Program-made: the position numbers and the translations under genes
Shown here: positions 1 through 13,766 of the stretch, one piece after another
How the letters are laid out: each line of letters begins with the position of its first letter
How positions within the stretch are numbered: the first letter of the stretch is position 1
NCBI GenBank assembly: GCA_030265395.1
Contig: JARFYF010000036.1
Coordinates: forward strand, 26,695,627 to 26,759,626
Length of the DNA stretch: 64,000 bases
Reading direction: 5' to 3'
Source: Rhina ancylostomus
Lineage: Eukaryota
The notes under the pieces: model-generated
Told to the model about the DNA's origin: nothing
Databases searched by the model: none
The model's input: the letters and a program-made list of their open reading frames with translations, nothing else

Positions 1-420
1 GACCAGGATTTCCCCAAATCCAACTCCAACAGCATCTCCTACACTCGCCACCTCTTCCACCAAGGGCAGCAGGTGCATAGATGGCACCGGAGTGTGGCGA
101 CTCATTGCAAGCTGCTCTCTACATATCTACTCATTACCAATACCAAATAGGAACACCACCACCTGCAGCTTCCCCCTCCAAGCCACATGGCATCCTGTGT
201 TGTGGCTTAACATACCTTAATTGTTATCGAATCTAAATCCTGGAACTCCCCACCCAACAACTCTGTGCAAGTACGTTTATAAAAAGGACCATCTATTCAA
301 CAAGGTGGATCATCACTGCCTTCTCAAGGGCAATTATGGATGGGCCATAAATGCCAGTGACATCTGCGGCCTGAAAATTGAAGGCATTAACACCACAAAA
401 TTGTTTGCTTATTACCACAT
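1..420 (+). mobile_element. Degenerate CR1/L2-clade LINE 3' end with a small SINE-tail fragment (about 80-150)
   Basis: Contains aaatcctggaactcc, caaggtggatcatcactgccttctcaagggcaatt and taaatgccag, which resemble a common chondrichthyan LINE tail. Recognised by eye. Confidence 0.5.
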
Positions 421-607
421 CATTCTTTGTGGGAAATTATTATGCATGAAAAGCCTTTAAGTTATAAAAAGACTCCATTTAAATAATACATTATTTACTA
501 TAAAGGACATTGGGATGTCCTGAAAAAGACCTGAATTGCATAACATTCCTGCAAATTATTTAGTTAGTGTCAGACCAGAACCAAGTCCCTTCCTGCCAGT
601 TGAAAGG

Positions 608-990
608 CAAAGATGCTGGAAATCTGAAATAAAAACACTAAATGATGGAACTACTTAGATGTACAAGCAGTTTCTAAGGCAAAAGAAACATGTTAATATT
701 TCAGATTGATGATCTTTCATGAGAACTAGGAAAAGTTGGGAAACAAGCACATTTCAATGTTGCAGAGAAAGGGCAGTGCTACTTATTGAGACACAAAGCT
801 TTGTTAATTACAAATGACTGTATGGAAATATAAATCATAGGAAAGGAATGAGGGCACCTCTCTCTTTCCACCGTTCTACAACTTAAATTACGCTTGTTAA
901 CTAATTTCTCGTGGTTCTGGTGAGAAATCATTGACCATAATTTTTCTCTAAAGGTGCTTCCAAATCTGTGATTATTTCGGTTTTTATTCC
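608..990. mobile_element. Old, decayed Penelope-derived inverted-repeat element
   Basis: Left arm gatgctggaaatctgaaataaaaac...tttcagattgatgatctttcatgagaact, with a decayed inverse arm at about 905-990. Same family as the better copies listed below. Confidence 0.55.
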
Positions 991-1384
991 TTCCAGATTA
1001 CACTGAACTGAGAATAGCCAAATGCATGTATTGAAGGAGTAATGTCAATTAAATTTACCTCTTAGATGATTTCTTCAGTATAGTCAAATTATCACTTATT
1101 ATATACGCAAATTGTAATTAAATAATTAATTTGTGACTGATTGTGATATCTCTTATAATTTTATAAGGATAAAGTTTAAAGAAAAATTAGGATTAGAATT
1201 GTACCAACATTTTAATGGTTGGATAATTGAGATTTAATTTTAAACTTGATCTGTATGGACTATGTCCAGAATAATAAATAATCAAGTGTGACTATTTTCA
1301 GTAAGCTGTTGACCCACCAGATATCATTGAAACACCACCCCCACCCAAATATTTTTGCAGATAACTTGCAATAAGGTACGCAGT

Positions 1385-1670
1385 TAGGACCGCTGCGGCA
1401 GAGCTTCAGTGTTTGAATTTGTTACATGTGGAATTTGCACTTTCTCCCTGTGACTGCGCAAATTTCCCCATATCCTCCAGTTTCCTACTGCATTCCAAAA
1501 TACATGCTGATAGATTACTGTAAATTTCCCCATTGCAAGTAGATAGCAGTAAAATTAGTGGATGATAGAAAAGGAAATAAGTGAGGAACTGTGATTGACA
1601 GGAATGCTCTGAGAACTGGAATAGACTTGATAGGCCAAATGACCTCCTCCTAAGTCATAAGAAAATGTGA
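1385..1670 (+). mobile_element. V-SINE (HE1-like), decayed
   Basis: V-domain-like core tgtggaatttgcactttctccctgtgactgcg...tccagtttcct...cattccaaaa, followed by a CR1-type tail ggccaaatgacctcctcct. Confidence 0.65.
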
Positions 1671-3355
1671 ATTATTCACAATTATGTCTTTGATGCATAA
1701 TGATGAGTGTGTGAGATCCCAACACAAAGGAAATTACATTTTGTAAATTAATGTATTCATTTTTGCTGACATTAAGACCAAATAATCTACATAGTAACAA
1801 TAAATGTATTGCAGCTGTTGCATCTCCTAATGTCCAGAGTACTTTGCATCAGCTAATGAGCATACAAGATTCTACAAATGTCAAACAAATGTGAATATAC
1901 AAGTCTTGAAATAATGCCATAGCAGTAGGTATCAAAGTGCCAGCCCATGAGCCACATACATCCTCAAATTTCATTTGGATGCATTAGATGGGTAATCCTA
2001 TTTCTTATTTGTTGGGTTGTCCTTTTAATAATTGCAAGGCTGGGAGTCTGTAAAGGGCTTTTCTCCTGTTAGCTAATTGGTAAATAAATACCAAAGCAAA
2101 ATACCTATTATCTATTATTTTGAGCAATTGTATGTAAATTGATGGTACCATTAAATAATGGCATTATGGTGAAGTTATCAGAGCTTACAATTTCCAGAGT
2201 CTAGTAAATGGTGTAACTTAAAGGCCTGAGCAGATATTAGGCTATCAAATCCATTATTGGGAATCTGCTTCAGGGAAGTCTTATTGGAGCTGAAAATTTG
2301 AAGAATCACCCAAACTGGCTTCCCAGTTAAAACATAACCCTTGCAATTGCTCTTCTCAGGGCCCCAAATAACACCACCACCGCACTGTGGACCTCAAACG
2401 AAATCTGCAGACTTCAAGATCCATGTGGTAAGTTCTCAGTTTTACTTAAGTATATTTTCAAAGGAATTGCTGATGTAGCATTGATATTACACAACAATTT
2501 CTAGACAGTTGTTCTCATGGGTCGCAAAAGTTGGTGGGATTGGTCACAACTAAAGGCTTGTAATTTGCTATTGGTGACATGATAAACATCTCCACAACTC
2601 ATTACACTTAGAACTACTTGAAGACTTTTGTGCAACAAATTAATAAATTCAGCGATCATTTTCCGTGCAGCATCTCTATCCAGAGAGCAACTGCATATCT
2701 CTTCCAATATCAAAAAATTCTCAGGGTTTAAACCATTATCAATCCAATATAAAATTATATGCACAGAGCAAGCTAAAAGGAAAAGAGATGCTTTGCAGAG
2801 CAAGAGGCAATGGGAAATATAAAGAAAGTTAAACAATCTGATATTTTCAACAATAATTCTGAAGCAAAGAGGTTTCAAGCTTTTAAGGTTGAAATTTAGG
2901 GTCAGTTACTAAGATATCATGCTATCAATAATTCAGTTAATTTTTAAGGATAAATTCTGGTTAGGTAATTACAAAGTGATTGTGTGTGCACAGCCCCCCA
3001 GCACAATAGCATCTTCAGCCCGGACAAGGCTGATTTCCAAACTGAATCACAAATCCAACCCTTCGCCACTCCAATAACCCAGGCAATCAAAAACATCTCT
3101 TTGTGATGTGTTATGCATGGCACTTCAAGTTTCCTGCAGAACAGAATTTTCCATTGGCAGATCACTGAAAAAAAATTCTTTGGCCCGCCATGCATCAGTG
3201 GCTTAACACCAATGTTAATCTTTCTAGTACCAATAAGGAAGTGATTCTCAATTCTTTGAAATTTATTTCTTCTATTTCAGGAGATATCATTCCATTTATT
3301 TTGTACTTAAAAATAAAGCTGTCCGTGCACATCAGCAGCAGGTGTATTCTACTAA

Positions 3356-3424
3356 TGTCACAATGTTGATCCAGATCAAACTCACAGAGAACCCAAATGC
3401 AGCACACCAATACACGACTGGAGT
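3356..3424. mobile_element. LTR-family end (TGTCACAATGTTG...) running into a gap
   Basis: Nearly the same sequence occurs at 13668, 41488 and 41848 (tgtcacaatgttg...cacagagaacccaaatgcagcacacc...gactggagt). Confidence 0.7.
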
Positions 3425-4332
3425 NNNNNNNNNNNNNNNNNNNNNNNNNNNNNNNNNNNNGCTTAACTACAAAATGACAACATTGCAATGTGTAGTATTT
3501 CACAATGTCAAATATTTTAGTGCAACTATTTTGCCTCAGTAATAGTGATGGTAAACATTTCTGCAAACAATATTTTTTCATAAGTCAATTCATTAATTAC
3601 AAATCTCTAACACCAGAGGGCAAGCTTGTCTCAAACAGTTGCCTGATCAAATATAATCAACAATTCATCTGAAACTGGATGACAAAAATACTTTGTTATT
3701 CAGCTGCTATGAAGCATAACTTTATTAGATAAAAGCAAAATAAATAAGTAGGTTTATTCCTTTAATCTCTTTACCACATATTAAATTATTTTCTCCTGCT
3801 GCATCTATATCTTTGTTTACTTTCCCAATCAGTTACCAGGTTTCTGGAAATAATATATATTTCTTTTAAATTTTTATGGATTTGTAACACAAAGGATACT
3901 TCTGTATATTAAAAAAAATATAACCAATATATAAGTATAGATTTCAATTAAACAAATCCATTTTATTTCTGCTTTTAAAGAATTAGAATAATCAACATCA
4001 AGCTACATCAGTAAAAGTGCATTTATTAAGCAGCATCAGATAGTGGAAATGAGGTGTGCGATTCCTTCACCAAAACAAACATGAATGCAAACTTCTTGGT
4101 TATGCGTTTCCTAACAAAATTGTTCAGTCAGAAGTTAGTTTATAAGTGTGTACAAAGAAACTACAGAAAGTTCTTGGTAGTAAAATTTTAATTTTCCTGG
4201 AGTTATTTATATTATTGAGTTTATCAAAATAATACCAATTTGAAGAGGTTGCAGAAGTGAGAGTTTTATCAACTAAATAATAAAAATGAAATATAGCTCA
4301 AGTATGAAATATCTGTATTTTGTCAAACCTAC

Positions 4333-4442
4333 CAGTTCTTGAGGTCCACACATAAACTGGAGTTTCATCTGCTTCAGGTATGTGGCAGTAATGGGCATAT
4401 TATAATCTATCACCCCAGCCAGTGATGAAGGTCTTTCATTTT
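4333..4442 (-). CDS. NOL4L: NOL4L internal coding exon, probably exon 4, 110 nt, phase 1/0
   Basis: G|AA completes a Glu codon, then the exon reads [36 protein letters not shown], containing the family motif [14 protein letters not shown]. Acceptor is ttttgcAG (4444-4443); donor is GTAGGT (from 4332). A 107-nt intron separates it from the previous exon. Confidence 0.92.
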
Positions 4443-4549
4443 CTGCAAAATGCATGAGATAAACTGCATGATGATTTATCGTTTCCAGGTATCAGGAATA
4501 AAATTGCTTCTGCAGAAATTTACCAGGTTTAGTGATTTTCAATATTTAC

Positions 4550-4661
4550 CTTTTGAGTCCACACCATTTGGGTTTATGTGCATTCGTTTTTGACATTCGG
4601 TGCAGCTCATTAGAAACCTTGTCACTGCTTCTCTTGGGAGGAATGCATACGTTTCAGCTAT
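4550..4661 (-). CDS. NOL4L: NOL4L internal coding exon, probably exon 3, 112 nt, phase 0/1
   Basis: Translates IAETYAFLPREAVTRFLMSCTECQKRMHINPNGVDSK plus one base (G). As I recall the human proteins, IAETY and SCTEC match NOL4L rather than NOL4 (ISESY, SCSEC). Acceptor AG is at 4663-4662 and donor GTAAAT starts at 4549. It is in frame with the 14431-14586 exon. Confidence 0.93.
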
Positions 4662-7600
4662 CTGATTTTGAGAAATGGAGAATATTCCAGTTAGGATGTA
4701 ACTGCCATTTGATTTACAAAGGCAATCTGCAATTGAAGGCATACAATAGTACAGAACAAAAAAGAAACCTTCTTTCGTGATTATTAAACATCTGTCACTT
4801 CATGACTTAATCTGTGTAATCATTAAGTGTTAATATTTGTATAAAATTGTTGTAATATAAAGATTTCACTGGTTGATGGTTGCCACAGAAACCAAGCTCA
4901 TCCTTGGAATAATCTAAACAGTTAGTCTACCATATGATTTGTAGTTAGTTCAGCAAAAATATATATAAACAAATATGAGTTGCAACCAATCTTGTTCACA
5001 ATTATTCCATCATTAAAACAATTACTCATTATTATTGGAAACTTAGTTTGAAAATATAATCTTGTTGGTGATTCATTTCAATTTAGTCATTGCTGGCATG
5101 TATCAAGAGAAAATGCAAAATATGCTGGGACAGATATCTTTGGAGCTAACCCACTTATTGGTATCATTGTCCACTGTCCTTGCCCACCTGCACTCATCAG
5201 ATGGCTGAAATGTGGTGGGCCGATTTTCTTGGACCTCCTCACCCTGGAGTCTCATTGTTAAATAGGCTTCAGATGGCAAAGTGTTGAGGACCCACCATGG
5301 GAATGACCTGACAGAGGGCAAAGCTGGGAGTGGAATTTGGGGTTCTATCAAAGATCTCTTGTTGCATTTTACTGGCGCTATTTTGATAATGCCGTCAAAA
5401 TTGTGAAACAGNNNNNNNNNNNNNNNNNNNNNNNNNNNNNNNNNNNNNNNNNNNNNNNNNNNNNNNNNNNNNNNNNNNNNNNNNNNNNNNNNNNNNNNNN
5501 NNNNNNNNTAAACAGTTACAAATCACAAGGGGTAAGCTAGTCCCATGGAAATGAATCCCAGACGTGTGTATTGATATGCAGTGTGCTTGACCACACAAAG
5601 TCTACGTCAATTATTTCTTTAAAATTATTTTACCTTAAAGGTACATATAACGCAAAAGTAAAATAACTTAAATAAATAACTTGCCTTCCCCATTCCAGGG
5701 CTAACCTTGCATACATAGAATTGGACAGGCGCATTTTGCAAATGTGATTGTCCTGGACTTCACGATGGAGCATATTGTCAGATACAGGGAGAATCAGTCA
5801 CTCATTAAGTCCTGGATTTACAGAAGGCTTTCATATGTCCAGGACATGCTTCAATGGGAATGGCTAGCAGTTCCCATTAGTAGAGCTGGACACAGCCAGG
5901 AAGGTTCAGTTTATTCTGAAGTAACCAAAAACCACAATTCAATTATTTTTATATCTACAAAATGCTACAAATTGAGGTGCTTTTTCAATCTTTTCAATCA
6001 AAGCACATAGAAACAATTCGTCTCTCTATTGGATTGATAATTTAATTTCATGTTTCTTTAACAAAATTTCTAAATAAATTCTTGCTAATTCTGTTTTCCA
6101 GTATGATTTCTTGATAGTTATAGCATAAGAAAAATGGTACTTTGTTCCTTTAAAATAATTCACACATGCTCTATTTTTCTGGGCAAAAAGACATGCAATA
6201 TTCAATTTACATCAAGGAACACTATTAAATAAAATTTTAACCACCCTCTTTGAACCAAGTACTGTTTGACATTTTGTGCCAGTTATATTATTTACTTTCA
6301 GGTAGATGAAGTAATAGAAATACCAAATGCAGTCTGGAAATTCAGTCATTATGTGTTAGGAACTTTTAACTTTAGATATTGGAAAAGAAATGTACTTTTG
6401 GTCATTGGCACTAAACAATCAGCTGTCAGTTGGATTCATCTTCCAAATTTGGATCCACTCAAATCAATGAAGCCAAATGTCAGGAGGTGAATGCTCTCAA
6501 ATGTTTAGCATTAGTAACCATGAGAGACTAATTTCTCACCAACTAAATCAAATGCACTCTAATTCTATGTGTGTCCAGAAAGAAATTTACATTGTAGGTA
6601 ACAGAGAATCACATATGATCTGTAATAACTAAAGAAGTTTTATCATAAGAATGTTCTATCCCCTAGTTTGCCATTCTGATTTTCAGAAAATGGCACATTT
6701 AATTTTTGGCATTGCAAACTGGATCCCCACTTCTGTTGTTCATCTGACAAAATAAGAACTCCCAAAAAGGGATTTTTTTAAATTTAATTTGGAGTTTGTG
6801 TATAACTTTTCCCCATTATTGCCAGCACTAATATGGACATGTTGGTTAGATGTGCAGTGCTTCATTGATTAGAAACTGCAGAATGGCACTTTAATTAGAT
6901 GCTATTCATCTCACATGAAGAGCTTAATTAGTCCCTTTTGCAATAGATGTGCAAACCCAGTTTTAAACATTTTAAAGCAATATAAGATAGGTATTGATTT
7001 GATGTATGTACCATTACTGTTTTGCATCATGTGAAGAGAGACAGAAGAAAACCAACAGTGAGAAAAGTACCCTTGATATCTTCAAAGGATTTATTGTACA
7101 TACTTATTTCAGCAATACACAGGATACAATTAAAGATTTTAAATAATTGATAAGTATAATATTAAATTATCAAGGTCATTAGATAATTGTACACATACTT
7201 CTGGATCATTTGGGAGGATGGTTGGTACAATACTGCTGTATATAATGAACGAGGCCAATTTTATATGCTTTTATTTCTTGAAAACTGATCACTTATTTTG
7301 AACACAATAAAATCAGTGGTAATAGCAATCATTTAATATAGTGGGCTTTCTTAACACAAACTGTAGGAGTTAGATTATTTCATTAGATAATGACATATCT
7401 ATAAAATAATTCATAGTGAAGCAAAGATGGTCAAAGGATTTTTTTCCAAAAATGAGATAAATGTTTCCTATCCTGTGTACAGGGAAAATAAATCTGCAAA
7501 AGATAACTGTAGGGGTATAAATTAAAGTGTAAAGCAACAGTCTACATAACGTGTACGCTGCACGATCAGGTTCATTTAGCTCTTATTAATAATACAAAGC

Positions 7601-8784
7601 ACTGTAGAATAAAATGATGTACTTGGGTACATAGAAAGAAAAATAGCTATACATAATCAACACATTGACAGCTACAGCAGTGTTTCTGTTTGGCCTCAGG
7701 AATGCAAGGTTCATTAGAATTTCAGTATTTTAAAAGATGGTTTATTTGGAGAGTTCACCCTATTCAAAAATCATGATTGGTAATAGTTACAGGTCACAGT
7801 ACTTCTGGAGTGCCATTTACATGTGGCATATTCAGAAAAAAACAGTACTTCACCAATACCATGCAATCATTATTTGCAGACACCCACACCAACCAATCAC
7901 CACCTTCAGCCATGTTACCAGAGACTACACATGTACCTTGCGTATATTCACTTCAAAACATGTACTTCTTTGGTGATATTAAAAAATTAAAAATCAAATG
8001 ATTAATAAAGATGAATACTGGTAAGCACTGTTCCTTTATCGGTTGACATTTGTTTCAATAATAGTGTTAAGCTAAAGATTTAAGCATTAAAATCCAAACT
8101 TGAATTTATGAAACTGAAGAAAAATGGGGTTTTCATTTTTTTTAAAGAAAAAATATAAAGTAACACAGAAACAACTGACGGCATTTTAATCAGTTTAAAA
8201 ACTGGAAGTTCTAACTTTTATGTTCACTTTAGTTCATTAATCAACACAAGCTGATACAGGGAAACTGACTTATTTCCTTCTGTCATTATGTAAATGAATG
8301 CATAACATTATAGAATAAACTCAACAAATTGAGTAGCCACATTAATTATTTTACTAATATCAAAATGAATACATTTTCACCGATTTGCATGTAGATATGT
8401 TGGAAATTTCTTATGCACCAGCAGTTTTTGATCCAGAAGTAATGAACTTCTTTCTAATAATATCAAAGTTACATTATCAATTATAAAATGAAATAACCAG
8501 ATTTCACATTCTGGTTCTAAGTTATTCCCCGAACACACCAATGTTCAGTGGGGCCTTAAAAAAAGGAAAACCAAAGTTAAAATCTTCCGATTTCCAATTT
8601 TAAAAAAATCAGACAAGGTGCTGTCTTATATCTTCCCCTTTACCAATGTTTTTTAGAGACCAGACTATTTACAGACTATCTATTAAAACGCTAAAGCCTA
8701 CAATGTTGTCATTTGAAAAAAGTGAATTGTAATTATAAAATTAATTTCACAACTGTCAAATGAAGTATCATTGAGCAGTCTTGA

Positions 8785-8930
8785 ACATACAGTAGAAGAG
8801 GCCCTTCAATCCATGATGTCTGTGCCAACCACAATGCCAGTTTAAACTAATTCCATCTGCCTGCACATGGTCTATATCCCTCCATTCCTTGCCTGTTCAT
8901 GTACCTGTCTAAACACCAATTAAACATTGT
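8785..8930 (-). mobile_element. CR1 LINE 3' tail fragment
   Basis: ggcccttcaatccatgatgtctgtgcc...atatccctccattcc...cctgtctaaa is the reverse complement of the CR1 tail at 17220-17370. Confidence 0.65.
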
Positions 8931-10189
8931 TAACTGGAAGTTTTTTGTAACCTCAAACCCTCATCATTATCATTCATAGCTGATTTAAATTACTTAACTG
9001 ATGAAAATTAAGAATTTATTAATCTGAGGCATGAAAATTTGAGAAAAATATACCTCAGTTATGGTCTTTGTCCAGGCAGAGTGTGCCATCATCTTATGGA
9101 ACACATGAACTTGGACAAAATTAAGTCTGGGAGAAGTTTCACAAATGCCAAGTCACTTTTTCTTAACCACTTATCTTCGTATGCTAAATTTATAAAACTA
9201 TAAAAGGGCCATCATTGTGTAGCCATTGATTTTTCTTTGACTATGCTTATTAATTTGCATAATGGTTATATATAATACAAATGAAATAACAATAGTAATA
9301 TTCTATATTGTCATTTTGCTTTCTTCAGAGTAAAGGGAGCTGAACTTAGTAGAATCCACCTAAAGTGTACCAATTCTCCCCACTCCTCTTGGAGTCAAGT
9401 TCTGATATAGAGCTAGGTACCTCATAAATATAAAATGTGGATGAGGAAGCATACAAGAGCCACCGGGTGTTAATGGAAAATTGGAGGACAAAGATACGAG
9501 ATGCCACAAGAAATTGTGCCCATTTTGGTTCTAACACTTTTCAAGTAATTGTATAATACAGAATTATGTTGACTTGTTTATCATCAGTGGATACAATATC
9601 GCATGCAGAACTATAAACAGGCATACATATGAGCAGGGGTGACAGTAAGGCTGCATTTTACTGCATTAAAGGGGTACCATAAATGCAAATTAAAGTTGTC
9701 CCTAACATATAGAATCACTGACTTCTGTTTCCCGAGTCTGCAATCAATTGGAAGATCCAGTTACATGTAGTACATTTAGATTTCAGAAGTAATTTAATAA
9801 TTTGGATAGCTAGGTTAGAGAAAAACAGTCAAGTTGTATAGCTGATTTTATCATTTCACATTTGGCCCACTCCCCCATCACTGCATTCAGTGGTAATTTT
9901 GCATCTGCTAACAAGAATAAACATACATTAACACAAATTCTTTCCCTTCGGTGTCAATGTTTCTAATCAGTGGCCTTTCTTTAGGACTGAAAGCTTTTCT
10001 ATGCCTGATGAGTGTTTGCTTACTTGAAACATTGTGCACAATTATGGTCCTTTTATAGTTTGCAAATTTAGCTTATAGAGATAAGCTAAACATTAGCTGT
10101 TTCTCCTCATATACTGCACATTTCCAACAATTTGTATCATTATTTCAAATCTCCAATATTTTAGTTTTGAATATATATTACAGTACAGA

Positions 10190-10425
10190 GAGTCTTTAAG
10201 CTTATTGATTCCATACTGTCTCCCAACAGAGCAACCCCATTCCCCCTCTTTTTTTTCCCTTGTAGCCCTGCAGTTCTCATGCCCATCAACTCCCCTTTGT
10301 TCTCGCCACTTACACTGAGGTGTAACTAACTTTAGCCAATTAATCTACCAACAAGTCTTTGGGAAGTTAGGAAGAAACCAGAGTACCTACCACTGGGACA
10401 ATGAGCAAACTCCACACAGACTGCA
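10190..10425 (-). mobile_element. V-SINE, decayed
   Basis: gtctttgggaagttaggaagaaaccagagtacc...caaactccacacagac is the reverse complement of the V-domain. Confidence 0.6.
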
Positions 10426-11469
10426 GCTTATTAATGATTTTCACAACTCCAGAATGATTGATTAAAGTTAAATAAACAACGTGTCTAATCATTCGCAATT
10501 GTTTGTTTCATTCAGATACCTGTAAATTACAATTTTTTTTCTGAAAGCAGCAAGTTGAATTGCAGTAAATTAGTTCTCGGCAGGTCATCAGATTAATGCA
10601 TTGTATTAATTACTTAAATCAGACTAATTAATTACATAGACTTTGCCAGTAAAACACTGTCCCTGTACAAGGTTTGTTTAATTTTAAACATGTATTTCAC
10701 ACGTCTCCCGTAAATGTAATACAGGTAAGCACTTAATCCCACAAATAAAACAGCTAATTTTTTAAAAATGCATAAAGTTGGACAATACTGTGCAGTCAAT
10801 GATCTCCATATACAAAACAGTGGAAAGTGATAAATATGTAGCTGAACTAAACAGTTATGTGTGTGTTTTTTAAACTTGCTTGGTGAATACTTCAAGAAAA
10901 CCATGAAATAGAGATAATTCACTGTTCCACACTCAGAACACAGCTATGGGCTAGGTGAAATGCTATCCAATAATTGAATGCATGAATCAGATCATTAGGA
11001 CTTATTTCACCAATAACTCTTCACTATCTTATAGCATACTTGAGTCAATCTCGGCTCCACCCTTTATTCAAGGCCTTCAAAATCTTCAGCAGTGCAGACA
11101 TGTGGAACTGATACATATAGAAAGGTTTTTTTTACTTTTCTTCCCATGATCATTAGTTCAGTTTAAGGGTGCTTTTTTTTCAATTTTTAAATAGGTCAGT
11201 AAAATTACTTAAGTTTGGTTATTAGGAAACTTCAGTCAATAAAATATATCGGTCTCTGTATGTATAACTAAACTAAAATCACAGTCAAAAGCTGATGTGA
11301 TATGTCTGTACATTGATATATGGTAAAGCTGTTCCATAATTTGAAATCTACTGTCCAGATTTGAGAACCGCAATATGGGAGCTCTTCCACTTGTTGGACA
11401 TAATGACAAAGTCTAGTTTTAATTCTGCTTCTTTTAATGAAGCAGTGGATTTTCTAATACATGGTGATG

Positions 11470-12560
11470 CTTTCTTGCCAACATCTTGAGCAATCCCTCA
11501 GGGTGGAGGATGACTTCTTCCACTTAGTTCATTACAATATAAATGTGGTTGATATGGCAGAATCTGCAGATACCACATGGGTATCTGCAGATTCTACCAC
11601 AAGTGGAATAGGAGGTACACTGAGGCATTTTCTTCCATTATTTATGCTGGGCTTCCAGAAACAAAAGTTCTCATTGCAACCCCTTTGCTCAGTCATGGGT
11701 CAAATGACTATAAATGTTATATCTTTTTCAAGGAGGCTTTGAGAACATCTTTGATTATTTTATTTTCCATCCTCTTGACATAACAATGTTTGGAAAAGAT
11801 AAACTATTACTGGTATTAATTATATGGCCCACCCATCAGAGCTGGCTGAGTAATTACAGCCTTCATACTGGGGATAATGGTCTGGCCCAAAGATAACATT
11901 TGTTCACATTCTGCCAGGAGAACTTTACAGAGAATGTGTTGATGGTACACCTTTAGTACCTTAAGGTGCTTGCAAGAGGTAGTGTCAGAAGTATACAGGA
12001 GAGCAAGGATTACTGGTTCCTAATAGACCACAAGCTATCTGCTGGATATGAGATCTTGATCTTCAAATATTCTTTTCCTCATATAGCCAAAGGCTCTGCT
12101 GATGCAGTGAAGGCATGGTGATCTTTAATGTTTGTCATCAATGTGGCTCTTGAGATATAGTAATTGGCCTGTGTTTTCCAAGGTTTTGTGCTGTACCTTT
12201 ATCGTCATGGGCTATTGATGTAGTATGGGCCCAGATTGGTCAAAGATCTTTGTTTTGCAGATTTTAGTGCAAGGCTCATTCTCTCAAGTCCCTTCACAGT
12301 TGCTAGTTATGATGTGTTTAAGGACAGCTGTGGGCACACTGTGGCTCCTGTTAGTTGGGAATCATCAGATTTGTCTGTGGGATGTCGTCTGAGAAGAGTT
12401 TTTATTTTGAGTCCTTAAGATATTCAGCATGGATTTCAGTATGGCAGTGTTTCTCTGGCTTCCACTTGTTTTGATGCTAGGCTGACTGCAGTAATAGAGC
12501 AGTTTAAGTTGTGGTCAGTCCAACAGTCTGTAGTACTTGTCATAGTGCAAGTGATGTGGA
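11470..12560 (-). mobile_element. RTE (BovB-like) LINE 3' fragment, decayed
   Basis: Has the 3' end caatccctcagggtggaggatgacttc shared with other RTE copies in the window, and an LLYTSDT-like remnant on the reverse strand near 11985-12010. Confidence 0.6.
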
Positions 12561-12794
12561 CATCCTCACAAGTCTCTCTCTTGTACAAGTCTCACACTCT
12601 CTCTCTCTCCCCCTCTCCCTCAGCAGGTATTGGTTATAAAAAGCCCACGTTCCAAGATTTTGCCAAGAAGAGGATTCTGTTGCAGTTAGCTTTCCCTACT
12701 TTTTCCCCCTTCCAATCACACCTTTCCCGAGAACTGTGTCCTTTCTGATCCTGACAATGTAGTGACTCAGAAGGATCAATTTGTCTTTCTCAGA

Positions 12795-13235
12795 TGTGCA
12801 GTGAAAAACGTACTTGTAGCAGTGTCATAGGCACATGGTATCATATAAGCAGCATTCACAAGAAAAACAAATTAAACAAAAAATATACACAATTTTTACA
12901 AGAAAGAACACAATTAGAACAAAAAAATGTCAGTTTTGGTGCAAAGTGATCAAAGTGTTGCTAAACTGTAGTGATTAGGGCTGTGCCAGTTGGTTCAGTA
13001 ACTGAGTGGTTGAAGGGAAGTAGATGTTCTTGAACCTGGTGATGCAGGACTTCAGGCTTCTGTAGCTCTTGCCCAATGGTAGCTGCGAGACGATGGCTTG
13101 GCCCGGATGATGGGGATCTTTGATGGTGGATGTTGCCTTCTTGAGGCAGCGCCTCTGGTAGATACTACCAATGGTGGGAAGGGATGTGCCAGAGATGTAC
13201 TGGGCTGAGTCCACTATTCTCTGCAGCTTCTCAGA
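12795..13235 (-). mobile_element. Rex1/Babar LINE 3' end
   Basis: ORF 12975-13268(-) reads KLQRIVDSAQYISGTSLPTIGSIYQRRCLKKATSTIKDPHHPG...LPLGKSYRSLKSCITRFKNIYFPS, the typical Rex1 post-RT C-terminus. Confidence 0.85.
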
Positions 13236-13667
13236 ATGAGCTGATGACCATGGTGCACTAGTTTCCAATTAGAGTAAGCCAGAGGGTGAAGATGAGTTTT
13301 ACTTATCCCATAGGATGGTACTTTATTCAGCACAAGAACTGAAAGGGCTACTTTACAGTCTGGCAGGAAATGTGCTTTGAACCCAAAACTGATCATATTT
13401 ATCACAATTCTTATTGGTTTACTTTTACCAAGACAATTGTGGTTTTGTTTAATACTGCTGGAGACTATTCACAATATTTCCAATGGGCAACCCAGCTTCT
13501 CGAACATAATCCCTTAGAATGAATACCTTCAGCAAAATCTTAAATTTTTTCCTCTTTTTGCCCTGTATTTTTACTTCAACTTTCTCTTCCACCATGTAAA
13601 GCATTTATAATGAGTTCCACAGATCAGGACTCCAAGAAAGATTTGAAAACCTTGTACCTTCTGAAAG

Positions 13668-13766
13668 TGTCACAATGTTGATCCAGAGTAAAGTCACAGA
13701 GAACCCAAATGCAGCACACCAATACAAGACTGGAGTCAGGATACTTCCTCAGGACAAATGCAGGCA
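13668..13766. mobile_element. LTR-family end running into a gap
   Basis: tgtcacaatgttgatccagag...gactggagtcaggatacttcctcaggacaaa matches 41848-41957. Confidence 0.72.

Noticed and set aside
2501-2878. 125-aa minus-strand ORF as the next NOL4L exon or a new gene
   Set aside because: It has no resemblance to the expected acidic D/E/S-rich NOL4L continuation or to any family I recognise, and its composition fits a chance ORF.
4443-4549. Two TGCATG (RBFOX) motifs in the 107-nt intron
   Set aside because: They read TGCATG on the plus strand, which is antisense to the minus-strand gene.
9995-10040. ctgatga...gaaacatt as an intact hammerhead
   Set aside because: Stems I and II pair poorly. It is best treated as a decayed member of the Penelope arm family.
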